The notes: generated by a model from the sequence alone, not told the origin. A stretch of 64,000 bases of DNA from an uncultured Candidatus Poseidoniales archaeon (GCA_963934015.1 CAWVWT010000002.1:81399-145398); one strand, 5' to 3'; shown: positions 1 through 10,628, counted from the first letter of the stretch. Numbers and translations: made by a program.

Positions 1-1
1 T

Positions 2-775
2 TTCGATAGTCCCCTTGTTGAAGGAATCATCACCTTCTTCATGGTCGCTACCGGTATCAATTTCACACTTTTTCATTTCCTTCTTCTAAAGGAATATACC
101 AAGGTTGTCAACGATCAGGAGTTGCGGGTATATTTCCTCGTTCTTGCAGGTGCTTGGGCAATCTTCGCAATCAATCTCGTTAACAGTGCTGGTTGGGAAT
201 GGGGGGATGCTTTGCGGCACGGGGCATTCCAAGCAGCTGCCATTGGTACCTCAACCGGTTATGCTAGTGCAGATTTCGCGAGTTGGCCCGTTCTATCTCT
301 GTTTGTACTCCTCTTCCTAATGGTTGTGGGGGCTTCAGCCGGATCTACGAGTGGTGGGTTGAAGATTTTACGGCTCCGATTGGCTTTCGTTCTAGCACGT
401 CGTGAAATTCATCGTATGGTCCAACCCAGAGCCATTGTCAGCGTTCGAATGAATGGGGAGGTGGTCGAAGATTCACGAATGTGGGTTGTTATCGGAATGC
501 TAGCTACTTGGGCTGCCCTAGCGATGACTAGCCTTGTCGTGCTAGCGTTATTTGAGCCTGCACATTCTTTGGAAACAATCCTATCTGTAATCTTCGCTGC
601 ACTTGGAAACACTGGCCCGGCTTTGGGTGCTTTTGGCCCGACATCTACATGGGCAGGCCTTAACTGGTATTCGCTATTCTACACATCGCTTCTAATGTGG
701 GCGGGTCGGTTGGAATTACTGACTGTATTGGTCTTGTTCCACCCTCGAACCTGGCGTAGAGAAAATAAGAATTAG
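2..775 (+). CDS. TrkH/KtrB-family K+ uptake permease, C-terminal part (5' end outside window)
   Basis: Reading frame is open from nt 2 to the window edge. Hydrophobic multi-TM protein with a GSTSGGLKILR pore-loop-like motif typical of TrkH/KtrB. Confidence 0.75.
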   Translation, partial: FDSPLVEGIITFFMVATGINFTLFHFLLLKEYTKVVNDQELRVYFLVLAGAWAIFAINLVNSAGWEWGDALRHGAFQAAAIGTSTGYASADFASWPVLSLFVLLFLMVVGASAGSTSGGLKILRLRLAFVLARREIHRMVQPRAIVSVRMNGEVVEDSRMWVVIGMLATWAALAMTSLVVLALFEPAHSLETILSVIFAALGNTGPALGAFGPTSTWAGLNWYSLFYTSLLMWAGRLELLTVLVLFHPRTWRRENKN

Positions 776-2316
776 AAGAAATCCAACGATTTTTGTGAAG
801 AATCAACTTCGCCCTTGATTTCTTCGCTTATCTCTTCATCAACCTGTAGCAGGTCCCCCTGAATTCCCGGGGAGAGATTGACAATTTGGATTTCCTCATA
901 CCGTTCAGCAATTGCTTTACTCGTTTTGAGACTGGCGCGTAATCCATGTAGGGCAAGATGATCACTGGATGACAATCCAAATGCGAGGGATATATCAAAA
1001 TTTTCGGGATCACCTTCAAGTTTATCACTCGATATTGCCCGCAGTGCTGGCCACAATTCCTCACGAACTGCCATTTCACTTGCTCCACAAGTTTCTGCCA
1101 AACATTCGATAATAGAGGAGCGGCGCCATGATTCATTCCCTCGTCGTAAAAATGCGGGGAATTGTAAAGAAAATCTATCAGGCCGTTTTTCAGTGGAGGC
1201 TACGCTCGCCGCTAACGCGCCTAGATTTCCGCACCAATATGATGAGCGATAGGCTAGATTTGAAAATCTCACGAACACCGATTTTGCTGCAATCGAAAGG
1301 GTCCTCGAAGCGCGAGCCCAACTCTCGGGTTGACGCATCACCGAGGCATTGTTCCAAGTGACCCACGCGATAAATTCGTCAGGTGTTTTATCTAAAATCA
1401 AACTCAAACGGGCAGCTTCCTTGGAATTTTGGGTTCGATATAATTTCTCTAACCCAGGAAATAAATCAATTTGATGATCACGCAAACCCATGACGGTTTG
1501 TTCCAGTACCGCTTGTGCGCTAATGTGTGTAGGTGAGGTTGCACAAATCGCTTGTAAATCACGAACAATGGCTCGAATATCTCCTGGATTTGCGGCTACA
1601 AGCCGGTCGATTGCCACCGCATCAGCAGTAACCCCTTCTGCAACCAATACCCGATTCGCAATGCGTCTAAGGGCACTGTCGGATACTCGATTGAATTCGA
1701 TAATTTCTGCTAGGCGCGAAAATCGGTCACGTGTTGTGCGCCATTGCCCACCGCGGCCCCACAATCGCATGGGGTCGTTGCATGTTAGCAAAACTGGTTG
1801 TTTGGTATTCGCAAGCAATTTCAGGAGTTCAGCCTTCCCACCACTATCACCACGGAGTGTATTCTTTTTACTATCCGAATCTATTCTAGCACTCAGTGTA
1901 TCTGCAATTCGTTGTTCACTGGCTATTCTGAACGTACCAGAAAGGTGGTCAACCTCATCCAATAAGATGAGTGTACGGCGCTTCGCATCTGAACTAAAGG
2001 AACCGTCCATTGCGAATGTGAAGTGATTGGCGCTACCCGTTGATGCCCGGCGAATGGCAGCAGCATTTCGTTGGTCACTTGCATTAAGTTCGATGACATC
2101 CCAGCCCATGTCATTCGCAATGGCGGTTGCAAGGCTCGTTTTGCCTACACCAGGCGGTCCAGCGAGAAGCATTCCGCGCTTATCGGGCACCCCTCTCTCC
2201 CAAGATGTCAGCCAGTTGCGAATTCGTTTACGCTGCGTATCATTTCCTTCAAGGTCACGGGTGGCGCGGGGCCGATAGCGTTCAGTCCAGTCCTCAGGGG
2301 TATCTGAATCAGCCAT
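772..2316 (-). CDS. rfcL: Replication factor C large subunit
   Basis: TERYRP N-terminus, Walker A LLAGPPGVGKTS, ELNASDQRN, Walker B LILLDEVDHL. ATG at 2316 (MADSDTPEDW) chosen rather than the upstream in-frame extension that runs toward glyS. Confidence 0.9.
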   Translation of the reverse strand: MADSDTPEDWTERYRPRATRDLEGNDTQRKRIRNWLTSWERGVPDKRGMLLAGPPGVGKTSLATAIANDMGWDVIELNASDQRNAAAIRRASTGSANHFTFAMDGSFSSDAKRRTLILLDEVDHLSGTFRIASEQRIADTLSARIDSDSKKNTLRGDSGGKAELLKLLANTKQPVLLTCNDPMRLWGRGGQWRTTRDRFSRLAEIIEFNRVSDSALRRIANRVLVAEGVTADAVAIDRLVAANPGDIRAIVRDLQAICATSPTHISAQAVLEQTVMGLRDHQIDLFPGLEKLYRTQNSKEAARLSLILDKTPDEFIAWVTWNNASVMRQPESWARASRTLSIAAKSVFVRFSNLAYRSSYWCGNLGALAASVASTEKRPDRFSLQFPAFLRRGNESWRRSSIIECLAETCGASEMAVREELWPALRAISSDKLEGDPENFDISLAFGLSSSDHLALHGLRASLKTSKAIAERYEEIQIVNLSPGIQGDLLQVDEEISEEIKGEVDSSQKSLDFF

Positions 2317-2356
2317 CAGCAGTGCACGAACGGCGGCGCCCTTTGAACATTGACAA

Positions 2357-4075
2357 CTAGAACCGGTTAGCGATAGTATCGGATGTAAGTGCAGCAATGA
2401 GGTCTTCCGGCTGAATTCGCATTTGTTTACCATCATCGCGGCGTCGGATGGTTACTGAACCATTCTGAAGAGACTCATGGTCAACGGTGACTGCCCAGGG
2501 AACCCCTACTTCATCGGCACGGGCATATCGTCGCCCGATTGAACCGGAACCATCGTAGTATGAGGCCAGATTTTTCGTAGCGCAAATAGATCTGTGTATT
2601 TCATCCGCTATATCCCCCAACCCATCCTTTTCCATCAGTGGAAGCACAGCAACGTCAATGGCAGCAATCGATGGGTTTAGTCGCAGAACCGTGTATGGTT
2701 CGCCTCCTTTCTCTGATTCATCAAAAGCATGATCCAAAACATGCCATAGAATGCGATCGATTCCAAATGCAGGTTCGATGACATGTGGGAGGAACCATTC
2801 ACCGTGCTCTGTGCTCTGTATTCGCTTCTCGTCGACCATTCTCGATTCGATTGCAACACTGGAACCATCTTCGAGATGAAGATCAAATGGGAATTTAGTT
2901 GGTAGATGTTCTAATTTTTCAAGCGCACTGTTAACCGCACCGGCTTTTCCCTTGAACAATGGACCAATCACTGAACTGTTACCTGAAAGCACGGTCTTGT
3001 CAACAGTTTTCGGCTCATCATACGGGCGCCATGCACGCAGGTTCGTATCTGCAGTAGCGGTTTCATGGGCACTAAGATCGTAACAACCTCTGTGGGCGAT
3101 TCCAACACATTCAACCCAGCCGTATGAACCATGAATCTCAGCATCCCAGCAGTCCGTTGCATAGTGTGCCATTTCAGTGCCTTCATGCTGTCTGAAACGA
3201 ATTTTACTCGGGTCAATACCGACTGAAACCAGAAAGTCCCATGTGCGTGCCATGAACCAGGCAACAGTAGGATGGCGGATGACATTCGCAGAAGACGCTT
3301 GCTTTGGAGATATTTTGATTGGGCCTCCAAATTCTGGATCCGGAACGAGATTGAATACCACCCCTTCCCAATTTGAGAAATCGTGATTTGGTTCGACCTC
3401 TGGGTCAATGAAATATTCAAGTTCAGCCATGTTGAATTCCCGTAATCGAATCATTCCTTGCCGTGGACTAATCTCGTTGCGATATCCCTTGCCAGATTGG
3501 ACTGCACCGAATGGTAGCCTATTGCGGAAGTGCCGGTATAATGCAGGAAATAGCATGAACATTCCTTGTGCCGTTTCAGGTCGCATATAGGCAACACGTC
3601 CACCTTTCATCGCGCCCATTCGGGTACTGAACATCAAATTCATTGGGCGGGCGGATTTCCAATCACTCGTTTTACAAGTTGGACATTCAATATTATCCAC
3701 TGATATGATATCATCCAATTCTTCAGCAGTTAGGATGTCTGGGTTGGGGTGCTTATCCTCAACCAAATGGTCACTCCTAAATGCCCCTCCACATCCGTTG
3801 CATTCTGACATGTGGTCATTGAATTCTCCGACGTGGCCACTGGCGATCAATACGGATTCAGGTGTTAATGTGGGACTATCAATTTCAACAATATCTCCTT
3901 GTGAAGCCCAATGTTCAAGCCACGAATTCTTCAACCGTCTACGCAAACGCCCTCCAACTGGTCCGAAATCAAATAATCCTGCAACTCCACCATGTATTTC
4001 AAAGGCAGGCAAGATTACACCTCGCCTTTTCAGCATGCTAGTAAGACGTTCCAGACGCGCATGCGTATCGCTCAT
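2357..4075 (-). CDS. glyS: Glycyl-tRNA synthetase (archaeal/eukaryal type)
   Basis: 573-aa class II aaRS. N-terminus RRGVILPAFEIHGGVAGLFDFGPVG and C-terminal anticodon-binding region typical of archaeal GlyRS. The first listed codon (4078) is TTG; the ATG is at 4075. Confidence 0.9.
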   Translation of the reverse strand: MSDTHARLERLTSMLKRRGVILPAFEIHGGVAGLFDFGPVGGRLRRRLKNSWLEHWASQGDIVEIDSPTLTPESVLIASGHVGEFNDHMSECNGCGGAFRSDHLVEDKHPNPDILTAEELDDIISVDNIECPTCKTSDWKSARPMNLMFSTRMGAMKGGRVAYMRPETAQGMFMLFPALYRHFRNRLPFGAVQSGKGYRNEISPRQGMIRLREFNMAELEYFIDPEVEPNHDFSNWEGVVFNLVPDPEFGGPIKISPKQASSANVIRHPTVAWFMARTWDFLVSVGIDPSKIRFRQHEGTEMAHYATDCWDAEIHGSYGWVECVGIAHRGCYDLSAHETATADTNLRAWRPYDEPKTVDKTVLSGNSSVIGPLFKGKAGAVNSALEKLEHLPTKFPFDLHLEDGSSVAIESRMVDEKRIQSTEHGEWFLPHVIEPAFGIDRILWHVLDHAFDESEKGGEPYTVLRLNPSIAAIDVAVLPLMEKDGLGDIADEIHRSICATKNLASYYDGSGSIGRRYARADEVGVPWAVTVDHESLQNGSVTIRRRDDGKQMRIQPEDLIAALTSDTIANRF

Positions 4076-4240
4076 CAATCAATGCGCGGGCGCTTTAGCC
4101 CATCAAGCAATCGGCCCAATTTAGGATATGATGCAGAGTTTCACAAACCCCTCTAGGCACGATACACACATTTATCGACAATTCATCTCAATCCATCGAA
4201 TCGTTGATATACCGCTTCGCCACGCTTACCATCGCGTAAT

Positions 4241-4246
4241 AGGAGG
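4241..4246 (+). promoter_or_regulatory. Shine-Dalgarno-like AGGAGG 8 nt upstream of the Lhr ATG
   Basis: AGGAGG read directly at 4241-4246; ATG at 4255. Confidence 0.5.
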
Positions 4247-4254
4247 ATTTTCTC

Positions 4255-7200
4255 ATGGCAGATACAGTATACTTGGAATCCTATGAGGAGACTGAAGTAT
4301 TATTGTCGAAATTATCCCAACCAGTTCGCGACTGGTTCAAGGACAAATTTCCAGATTTCACCGACCCGCAAAAAATGGCAATTCCATCGATTATTGATGG
4401 TGAACATCTTTTGTTGTGCTCCCCTACTGGCTCGGGAAAAACTCTGACTGCATTTTTGACAATCATTGACAAACTTATTCGCTTGGCAATGGATGGTAAT
4501 CTCGAAAAGCAGGTATATTGTGTATACATTTCTCCAATCAAGGCACTTGCCAACGATATTCAGCGAAATCTAATCGGGCCTCTCACCGAGATCAAAGAGC
4601 GTTACCTTCCAGGAAGAACCCAGGAGATCAAAATTGGGTTGCGAACTGGAGACACCCCCCAATCCGAGCGGCAAAAGATGCTCAGAAAACCCCCTCATAT
4701 TCTCATTACTACACCCGAATCGTTGGGCCTTGCATTGGCCTCTAAGAAATTCAGACCTCTGATGCAGGATCTAAAGTGGCTGATTATTGATGAAATGCAT
4801 TCTCTTGTTCCAACCAAACGAGGTACACATCTGGCGCTAACCATGGCCCTGCTCGACACACTCATCGCAAATCCGGTTCAAAGACTAGGTATTTCTGCAA
4901 CCATGGAACCCTTAGGGGAAGTGGCACAATTTCTCGTCCCAGTGAAAGCTGAAGATCGCGAGAGTGAATCACATACACCGTTGCCTAAATTCGATGATGA
5001 AGTATCTTCAAGAGTCCATATCGCCAAAGTGAGCGAAGTTCGGGAATTGGATTTGGATATCATTCTACCACACCCTAAATTTAGTGAAGTCCCAGTCAAG
5101 CAATTACTCGAGCACAATGTCGACATCATCAAAGATCTTGTAGAGGCTCATACGACTACGCTTGTTTTCGCAAATACACGGCAGATGACCGAGACCATTA
5201 CACAAAAATTGCGTGTCTTGGGGGTGGCTGGTGTTGAAGGTCACCACGGTTCGATGGATAAGCAAATACGGCTTGAAGTGGAGCGTAAACTCAAACGTGG
5301 TGAATTGCGATGCTGTGTATCTTCCTCCTCACTTGAGATGGGTATCGACATTGGAAGCGTGGACTTGGTTATTCAATTGGGTTCCCCTGGTTCAATTGCC
5401 ACAGCGTTGCAGCGCATTGGGCGTGCAGGTCACCATGTGGGGGGTATTCCTCGTGCACGCTTCTTACCCACCTCATCCCACGACCTCCTCGAATTGGTCG
5501 CCCTCCAAGGTGCCATTATGTCCGGTGAAATGGATCTTCTTCGCTTCCCGAAGAATTGCTTCGATGTTTTAGCACAATTCGTCATTGGGTTGACCATATG
5601 TGGCGAGATTGACATGGATGAGGCATTCTCTATTATCACTTCAGCATACCCCTATCGTACCCTTTCCTATGATGATTACATCGAAGTTCTATCGTTGCTT
5701 GAGGATGAGCGTAGAGTCTGGGTTGATTGGGAACAAAACATCATCGGAAAGCGTGGTTACGCGCAGATGATTTACTACACGAACATCGGTACAATCGCTC
5801 CAGATAACAACTATCTTGTCTTCAGCGCGGATGGTTCGATGATTGGGCAATTATCCTCTTCATTTGTTCAAAATATACGCCCTGGTGACGTATTCTTACT
5901 GGGTGGTTCTACCTATCGTGTACACCAAATCCAAGCGAGTCGTGTTAGTGTGACATCAGTTACTGGATATCGCCCTACAGTACCCTCTTGGTCGGGTGAA
6001 GCCAAGAGTCGAACACGTGAACTTTCTCTAGCGGTTCTCAAATTATTGAATGTCACAGTGACCACAATTCGCCGGGGCCGAGATCCGCGCCTACTGCTGT
6101 CCGGGGCGTATGGATTATCGCAACCGGTAGCTGAATCCTTGGCACGTTTCCTTGAAGAACACACCATTGATTCAATTCAGGTACCAAGTCCGGACAAGAT
6201 TCTCATTGAGCAAATCGTTAATTCTTCAGTTCCAACATATATTATCACAACATGTCGGGGTCGAGCTTTCAACATGGCGCTCGGGTACTTCATGGCAGGA
6301 TTGTGTGATCTCAAAAATATCCATGTCGTTGAAATGTCATTTGATGAAAACTCATTCTTGTTCAAAACTGGTCAAGAGATTGATACAAATGAAATTTATC
6401 CGATGTTTAAGGACAATCAGCGAGATTCTGTATTGCAACGATATTTGCTAGATAGCCAACTATTTGCAAAGCGTTTCAGAGAGGTGTCTGGCCGTTCTAT
6501 GATAGTTCCACGAAGAATTGGTGCTGAAGAAGTGAGTCCCAAGCAATTTCAACAAAAGTCAGAGAAAGTTTTCCGAGAACATCGGCAGCACGCCGATAGT
6601 TTGCTAATACGCGAGGCCCAAAATGAAATTTTCCATACCGACCTTGACATGGAGGAACTGGAAAATTTCGTCAATCGGATGGAAGATGAAGGTGTACGAA
6701 TTGTGCATTCAAGGGTTACTTTACCCAGCGTTCTTGGTATGAATTTGTATATGGCAGCATTCGAAGATTTGCTTAGTATGCGGACCCGTGCATACCTAGT
6801 CAAAGACATCGATCCTGAAATTTTACGCCGGTTATTAGGTGGGCGTTCACGCGCCACCGATTTGGATGATGATGCCCTTAATCTCTACTTTCAAGCCAAG
6901 GCAAAGATTCCTGAAGATGCGGATGGGCTATTGCGTTTGATGGAAAAGGGTGGTGGTTTGCATCCAGATCTCAAGAATCCTCTCTATGAAGATAAGCTCA
7001 GAGATATTCAGCACGAAACTATTCATAAATGGGTAGTTGAACTAGCCGAATCAGGTTCGATTACAAAACTACGAGCAACTGGGTCTACAGAAGTGGATGA
7101 AAAATGGTTCTCAATGCGAATGGCAGAAGTTCACGGAACCCTCGGTGTACTCGCTACCAAGGGCGCCGATGGTATGGATGATTTACGTGAGTTGTATACA

Positions 7201-9591
7201 GGTGGACTTTCTTATGAGTTAGCAAACAAATTTGATGGTGCAAATCCAACATCTTGGGAATCTGTAAAATTGATGGACCCACACGAAGCCCTTCGAATAA
7301 AGATCGTCGATATGCTGGGTAGTGAAGGACCCAAAACATTGGTTGGACTTTCCGAACGGCTCCCTTTCCCAGAAGCTCAAATCGAGTCTTTACTACACGA
7401 ACTCGAAGTCCGCAATATTGTATCAATCGGCTTTTTCAAACAAACTGAGGAAGGCGAATTTATTCTTCGAATAGATGAGCACATTATCACTGGTGGTGAT
7501 GATAATATTGTCGAATACCGTGCCCTTCAAAATTTACTCTTAACAAAGTCATTCAAGCAATACCCTGATGCTTTGACAGCACTTGAAGATGGACATGTTA
7601 TGTTTGCTAAGATGCAAGAACTACTCGACCGTATCGAAAATTTCAGATTTGCTGATTGGAAGGATATGAAACATGATTCAGATATCGTCATGGGGCGTTT
7701 ACTCCATTCGCGTGTGGGGTATACGACTAAAGCAATGATTCCTATGCTACTTGGTCTGCGCCCAGAACCTTGGTTTTCCGAAATGGATGAGGAATTATCC
7801 GAAAAAATCCCACCACATGTAAATGTAGAAAGAACCGAAATTGTTGGTCATTTACCACGCGGTGATGAGAATAAGTATATTCAGAGGGATGCTCGAAATT
7901 CATTGTCGAATATGGAACGTCAAATGGTTTTCGTCAAGCAATTTGAGGAATTGATTGATCGTAAACGCTCATTGTCTCTTTTCCATCGAGTTCATGATGT
8001 CTATGAACCAATGCCATTCACTCAGGCATTAGAGGAATTAATCAAGAGAATCGGTCCGATCAAATTACACTCATTGCGATTATTCGTCAGCCATCCGGTG
8101 GAATTACTTGCTGAAGTCCTGCGCGACCTTGAGGATAGCAATAAAATTGTGAGAGTTACAGCTCTACAACCGGACCCAACTGACTTCTTCTGTGTGCCCT
8201 CAGATGCAGCCTCCCTAGAACGGTCACATCGAGAAGATCGAAAGTTACGCATATTGTCTCAATCAGATCCGTTCTGCTCACGTTTTATTCAAGAAGTACG
8301 CTATGTTCTCAAACAAGGTTGGTATTATCCAATTTTCAAGGGCGTTGATCCCGTCGGCCGCATCTTGATGTTCAAAGTAAATGACTATCTAGAAATCAAG
8401 GACATCCACATCCCACATGCCTACCTTGATGAATTTTCTGAAATATTTGAGACACTTCTTGACAACTACAAAGATACCCTTGTTGACGTATCTGTTTTAC
8501 ATGCATTCAATGGAGAACCAATCCATGATTGCGATGAAAACATTCAGGCGATCGTTGAAAAACTAGGTTTCCGTACGATGGGGGATAACCTTCGATACAT
8601 CCGTGGTGGTGTTGTTGATCCACGCCCGCGTTCACTCGCCCTTCGTGCACTATTCCACCATCATCGGCTGCATCAAGATACCCGTTTAGAAAACGAAACA
8701 ATAGCAGTTTCCCATATCCCAGAAATTCGTGACGATTTTGCCCTTCGAGGGCGTTGCGAGATGTTCCGCGTCGATTTGAAATCGATGGCTGCTAGTCAAC
8801 AATTGCACCAGGGCACCAATCTTCGGAATCATCAAGTTTGGGCACCTTACAAGCACTTTCAACGACTTCTACGTATGCGAGGTGTTGCACCTGATGAAGA
8901 TTTACTGGATATCCTTGAGTTCTTCTCTGGACACTCAGACGCTAAAGTTTTCATGGACCGTTATGCAATGAAACGAGCGGAATTCAGGAAATTGGTTCAA
9001 CCACTAATCCGCTCAGGGCACGTGGTTCAGGATTACCGAGGCGGATTTAAAACTGTAAAGCGACTTGAAGGTAAAGAGACATGGGAAATCAAGCGGGATT
9101 ACCTTAGAGAAATGGTCGCTGAATATCCAGTTATCACGTTAAAACAATTTGAGAAATTAGCAGGAAGTCCGTTCAAACCCGAGCAATTGTCGAGTGTACT
9201 GCATGAATTTGAAGAGGAAGGTCTTCTAATCAAGGGCTTCCTCATCGATGATTTACATGAGGTTTGCTGGGGGCGGCAAGAACTGCTAGAAGATGCTGAT
9301 AAATTACCTCCAATGCGTGATTTTGTCCTTCCGCCTTCAGATCCACTTCTGCCCTATTTCCAATCACTGCTTAGAGAGAGATTTGGTTACGGGAGTGCAT
9401 ACATGGTGTTTTGGAATGAAGAGCCAATTGCGGCTTTCAAGGCCAATACGAGAAATGATGTAATTGACGTAACTGATTTCGTTGGTGATTCCGAGAAGGA
9501 AAAAGAAGCATTACGGGTAATGAAAGAGTTTGCATGGGAACACAATATGCCACTCAAGGGCAAGGTTCTAGAGCGCTTGAAGTCAAGATGA
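4255..9591 (+). CDS. lhr: Lhr-type DExH-box ATP-dependent helicase, unusually long (1778 aa)
   Basis: Motif I CSPTGSGKT, motif II IIDEMH, motif III ISATM, motif VI LQRIGRAGH, followed by a DEAD-associated (Lhr) region FPKNCFDVLAQFVIG. About 880 extra C-terminal residues. Confidence 0.85.
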   Translation: MADTVYLESYEETEVLLSKLSQPVRDWFKDKFPDFTDPQKMAIPSIIDGEHLLLCSPTGSGKTLTAFLTIIDKLIRLAMDGNLEKQVYCVYISPIKALANDIQRNLIGPLTEIKERYLPGRTQEIKIGLRTGDTPQSERQKMLRKPPHILITTPESLGLALASKKFRPLMQDLKWLIIDEMHSLVPTKRGTHLALTMALLDTLIANPVQRLGISATMEPLGEVAQFLVPVKAEDRESESHTPLPKFDDEVSSRVHIAKVSEVRELDLDIILPHPKFSEVPVKQLLEHNVDIIKDLVEAHTTTLVFANTRQMTETITQKLRVLGVAGVEGHHGSMDKQIRLEVERKLKRGELRCCVSSSSLEMGIDIGSVDLVIQLGSPGSIATALQRIGRAGHHVGGIPRARFLPTSSHDLLELVALQGAIMSGEMDLLRFPKNCFDVLAQFVIGLTICGEIDMDEAFSIITSAYPYRTLSYDDYIEVLSLLEDERRVWVDWEQNIIGKRGYAQMIYYTNIGTIAPDNNYLVFSADGSMIGQLSSSFVQNIRPGDVFLLGGSTYRVHQIQASRVSVTSVTGYRPTVPSWSGEAKSRTRELSLAVLKLLNVTVTTIRRGRDPRLLLSGAYGLSQPVAESLARFLEEHTIDSIQVPSPDKILIEQIVNSSVPTYIITTCRGRAFNMALGYFMAGLCDLKNIHVVEMSFDENSFLFKTGQEIDTNEIYPMFKDNQRDSVLQRYLLDSQLFAKRFREVSGRSMIVPRRIGAEEVSPKQFQQKSEKVFREHRQHADSLLIREAQNEIFHTDLDMEELENFVNRMEDEGVRIVHSRVTLPSVLGMNLYMAAFEDLLSMRTRAYLVKDIDPEILRRLLGGRSRATDLDDDALNLYFQAKAKIPEDADGLLRLMEKGGGLHPDLKNPLYEDKLRDIQHETIHKWVVELAESGSITKLRATGSTEVDEKWFSMRMAEVHGTLGVLATKGADGMDDLRELYTGGLSYELANKFDGANPTSWESVKLMDPHEALRIKIVDMLGSEGPKTLVGLSERLPFPEAQIESLLHELEVRNIVSIGFFKQTEEGEFILRIDEHIITGGDDNIVEYRALQNLLLTKSFKQYPDALTALEDGHVMFAKMQELLDRIENFRFADWKDMKHDSDIVMGRLLHSRVGYTTKAMIPMLLGLRPEPWFSEMDEELSEKIPPHVNVERTEIVGHLPRGDENKYIQRDARNSLSNMERQMVFVKQFEELIDRKRSLSLFHRVHDVYEPMPFTQALEELIKRIGPIKLHSLRLFVSHPVELLAEVLRDLEDSNKIVRVTALQPDPTDFFCVPSDAASLERSHREDRKLRILSQSDPFCSRFIQEVRYVLKQGWYYPIFKGVDPVGRILMFKVNDYLEIKDIHIPHAYLDEFSEIFETLLDNYKDTLVDVSVLHAFNGEPIHDCDENIQAIVEKLGFRTMGDNLRYIRGGVVDPRPRSLALRALFHHHRLHQDTRLENETIAVSHIPEIRDDFALRGRCEMFRVDLKSMAASQQLHQGTNLRNHQVWAPYKHFQRLLRMRGVAPDEDLLDILEFFSGHSDAKVFMDRYAMKRAEFRKLVQPLIRSGHVVQDYRGGFKTVKRLEGKETWEIKRDYLREMVAEYPVITLKQFEKLAGSPFKPEQLSSVLHEFEEEGLLIKGFLIDDLHEVCWGRQELLEDADKLPPMRDFVLPPSDPLLPYFQSLLRERFGYGSAYMVFWNEEPIAAFKANTRNDVIDVTDFVGDSEKEKEALRVMKEFAWEHNMPLKGKVLERLKSR

Positions 9592-10569
9592 ATTCTTGTT
9601 CAGCCCGGCTCCGAACAATCGGAAAAATGGATCTAATACAGAGATTACATGTGCGTGTAATTTAGGCAATAAATCGAATAATACCAGTGCCATCAAGAAC
9701 ATCGCTCCTAAACTGAGAACCTTTGCCGCGTATGCATGGCCGAAGTCGAAGATATTCAGCCCATTAAGGCTCCAATTTGAATTATACTCCACGTGCATCC
9801 AAATGATTCCTGCATTGCGGAATACATTGAGGATGTGAATCAGTGGTATTGTAATCAATAGTGCCCGTGCTCTACGCTTCCAAGGTGAATTATGTACTGC
9901 AACAATCGCTCCTACGAAGACAATCATTGACTGTAGGGCACTGCATCCCAACACAAATCCAATATTCACTTCCGTTCCATCTGCATGAACCATCGGGACA
10001 AAAAAACCACCTTCACCTAAGGTATCTGTGAGCAACCACCTGTTACCATTCCAATTGGTCCATGTCTCGGAAGTAGTTCCCAGATCCACCATCATCTGAC
10101 CAAGCTGAATATCACCTGCCCCAGTCCACTGTAAGAATAATGATGTATTCCAAGCAGTAAACCAAACAATTCCCGCATTTAGCAGGGGGATATGTTGAAT
10201 GGCAAGATATGGCATTGCAGACCAGAATACTGCACCTCGCAACCACGCAACAGACTCAACGTTTCGTCCTTCACGAATCAGTATCACTTCCCAACCTCCA
10301 TAGGCGATACAAACCGGGAGGGCTGCAATCGACATGAAAATTAGAACCGGGTCAGATATTTCGAAATAATGTTCGGCTCCAAGATAAAAATATACTCCAA
10401 CACAAACCCAACCGAGTGGCGACATCCATCGGGCTTTCGGTTTGCGCGAATGAAATGCAGTGCCGAGAAAAATCAGGCCGATAGTCACAATGGCAAGGTT
10501 TGTTTGCCCCAAATCCAAACCGAATAGGGCACCCATTGAGGTTACACCAGAAGCGACAATGTCCTCCAT
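9583..10569 (-). CDS. artA: Archaeosortase/exosortase-family membrane protein (candidate ArtA)
   Basis: Polytopic membrane protein with candidate catalytic Cys in GCSALQSM and downstream IPLIHILNVFRNAG (N..R) motif, as in exosortase/archaeosortase. The first listed codon is TTG; the ATG (MEDIVASG) is at 10569. Confidence 0.55.
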   Translation of the reverse strand: MEDIVASGVTSMGALFGLDLGQTNLAIVTIGLIFLGTAFHSRKPKARWMSPLGWVCVGVYFYLGAEHYFEISDPVLIFMSIAALPVCIAYGGWEVILIREGRNVESVAWLRGAVFWSAMPYLAIQHIPLLNAGIVWFTAWNTSLFLQWTGAGDIQLGQMMVDLGTTSETWTNWNGNRWLLTDTLGEGGFFVPMVHADGTEVNIGFVLGCSALQSMIVFVGAIVAVHNSPWKRRARALLITIPLIHILNVFRNAGIIWMHVEYNSNWSLNGLNIFDFGHAYAAKVLSLGAMFLMALVLFDLLPKLHAHVISVLDPFFRLFGAGLNKNSS

Positions 10570-10628
10570 GTGGGCTTCACAGGTCGGCAAGTCACATATA
10601 GGCTCGCTACGACGCCGTGTTGAGTCGC

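Noticed and set aside
4255-9591. Possibility that the extra length of the Lhr gene is due to an intein.
   Set aside because: No intein block A/B (Cys/Ser ... TxxH), no homing-endonuclease LAGLIDADG motif and no terminal HN-C/S/T junction were visible. The helicase motifs are contiguous and the extra sequence is all C-terminal.
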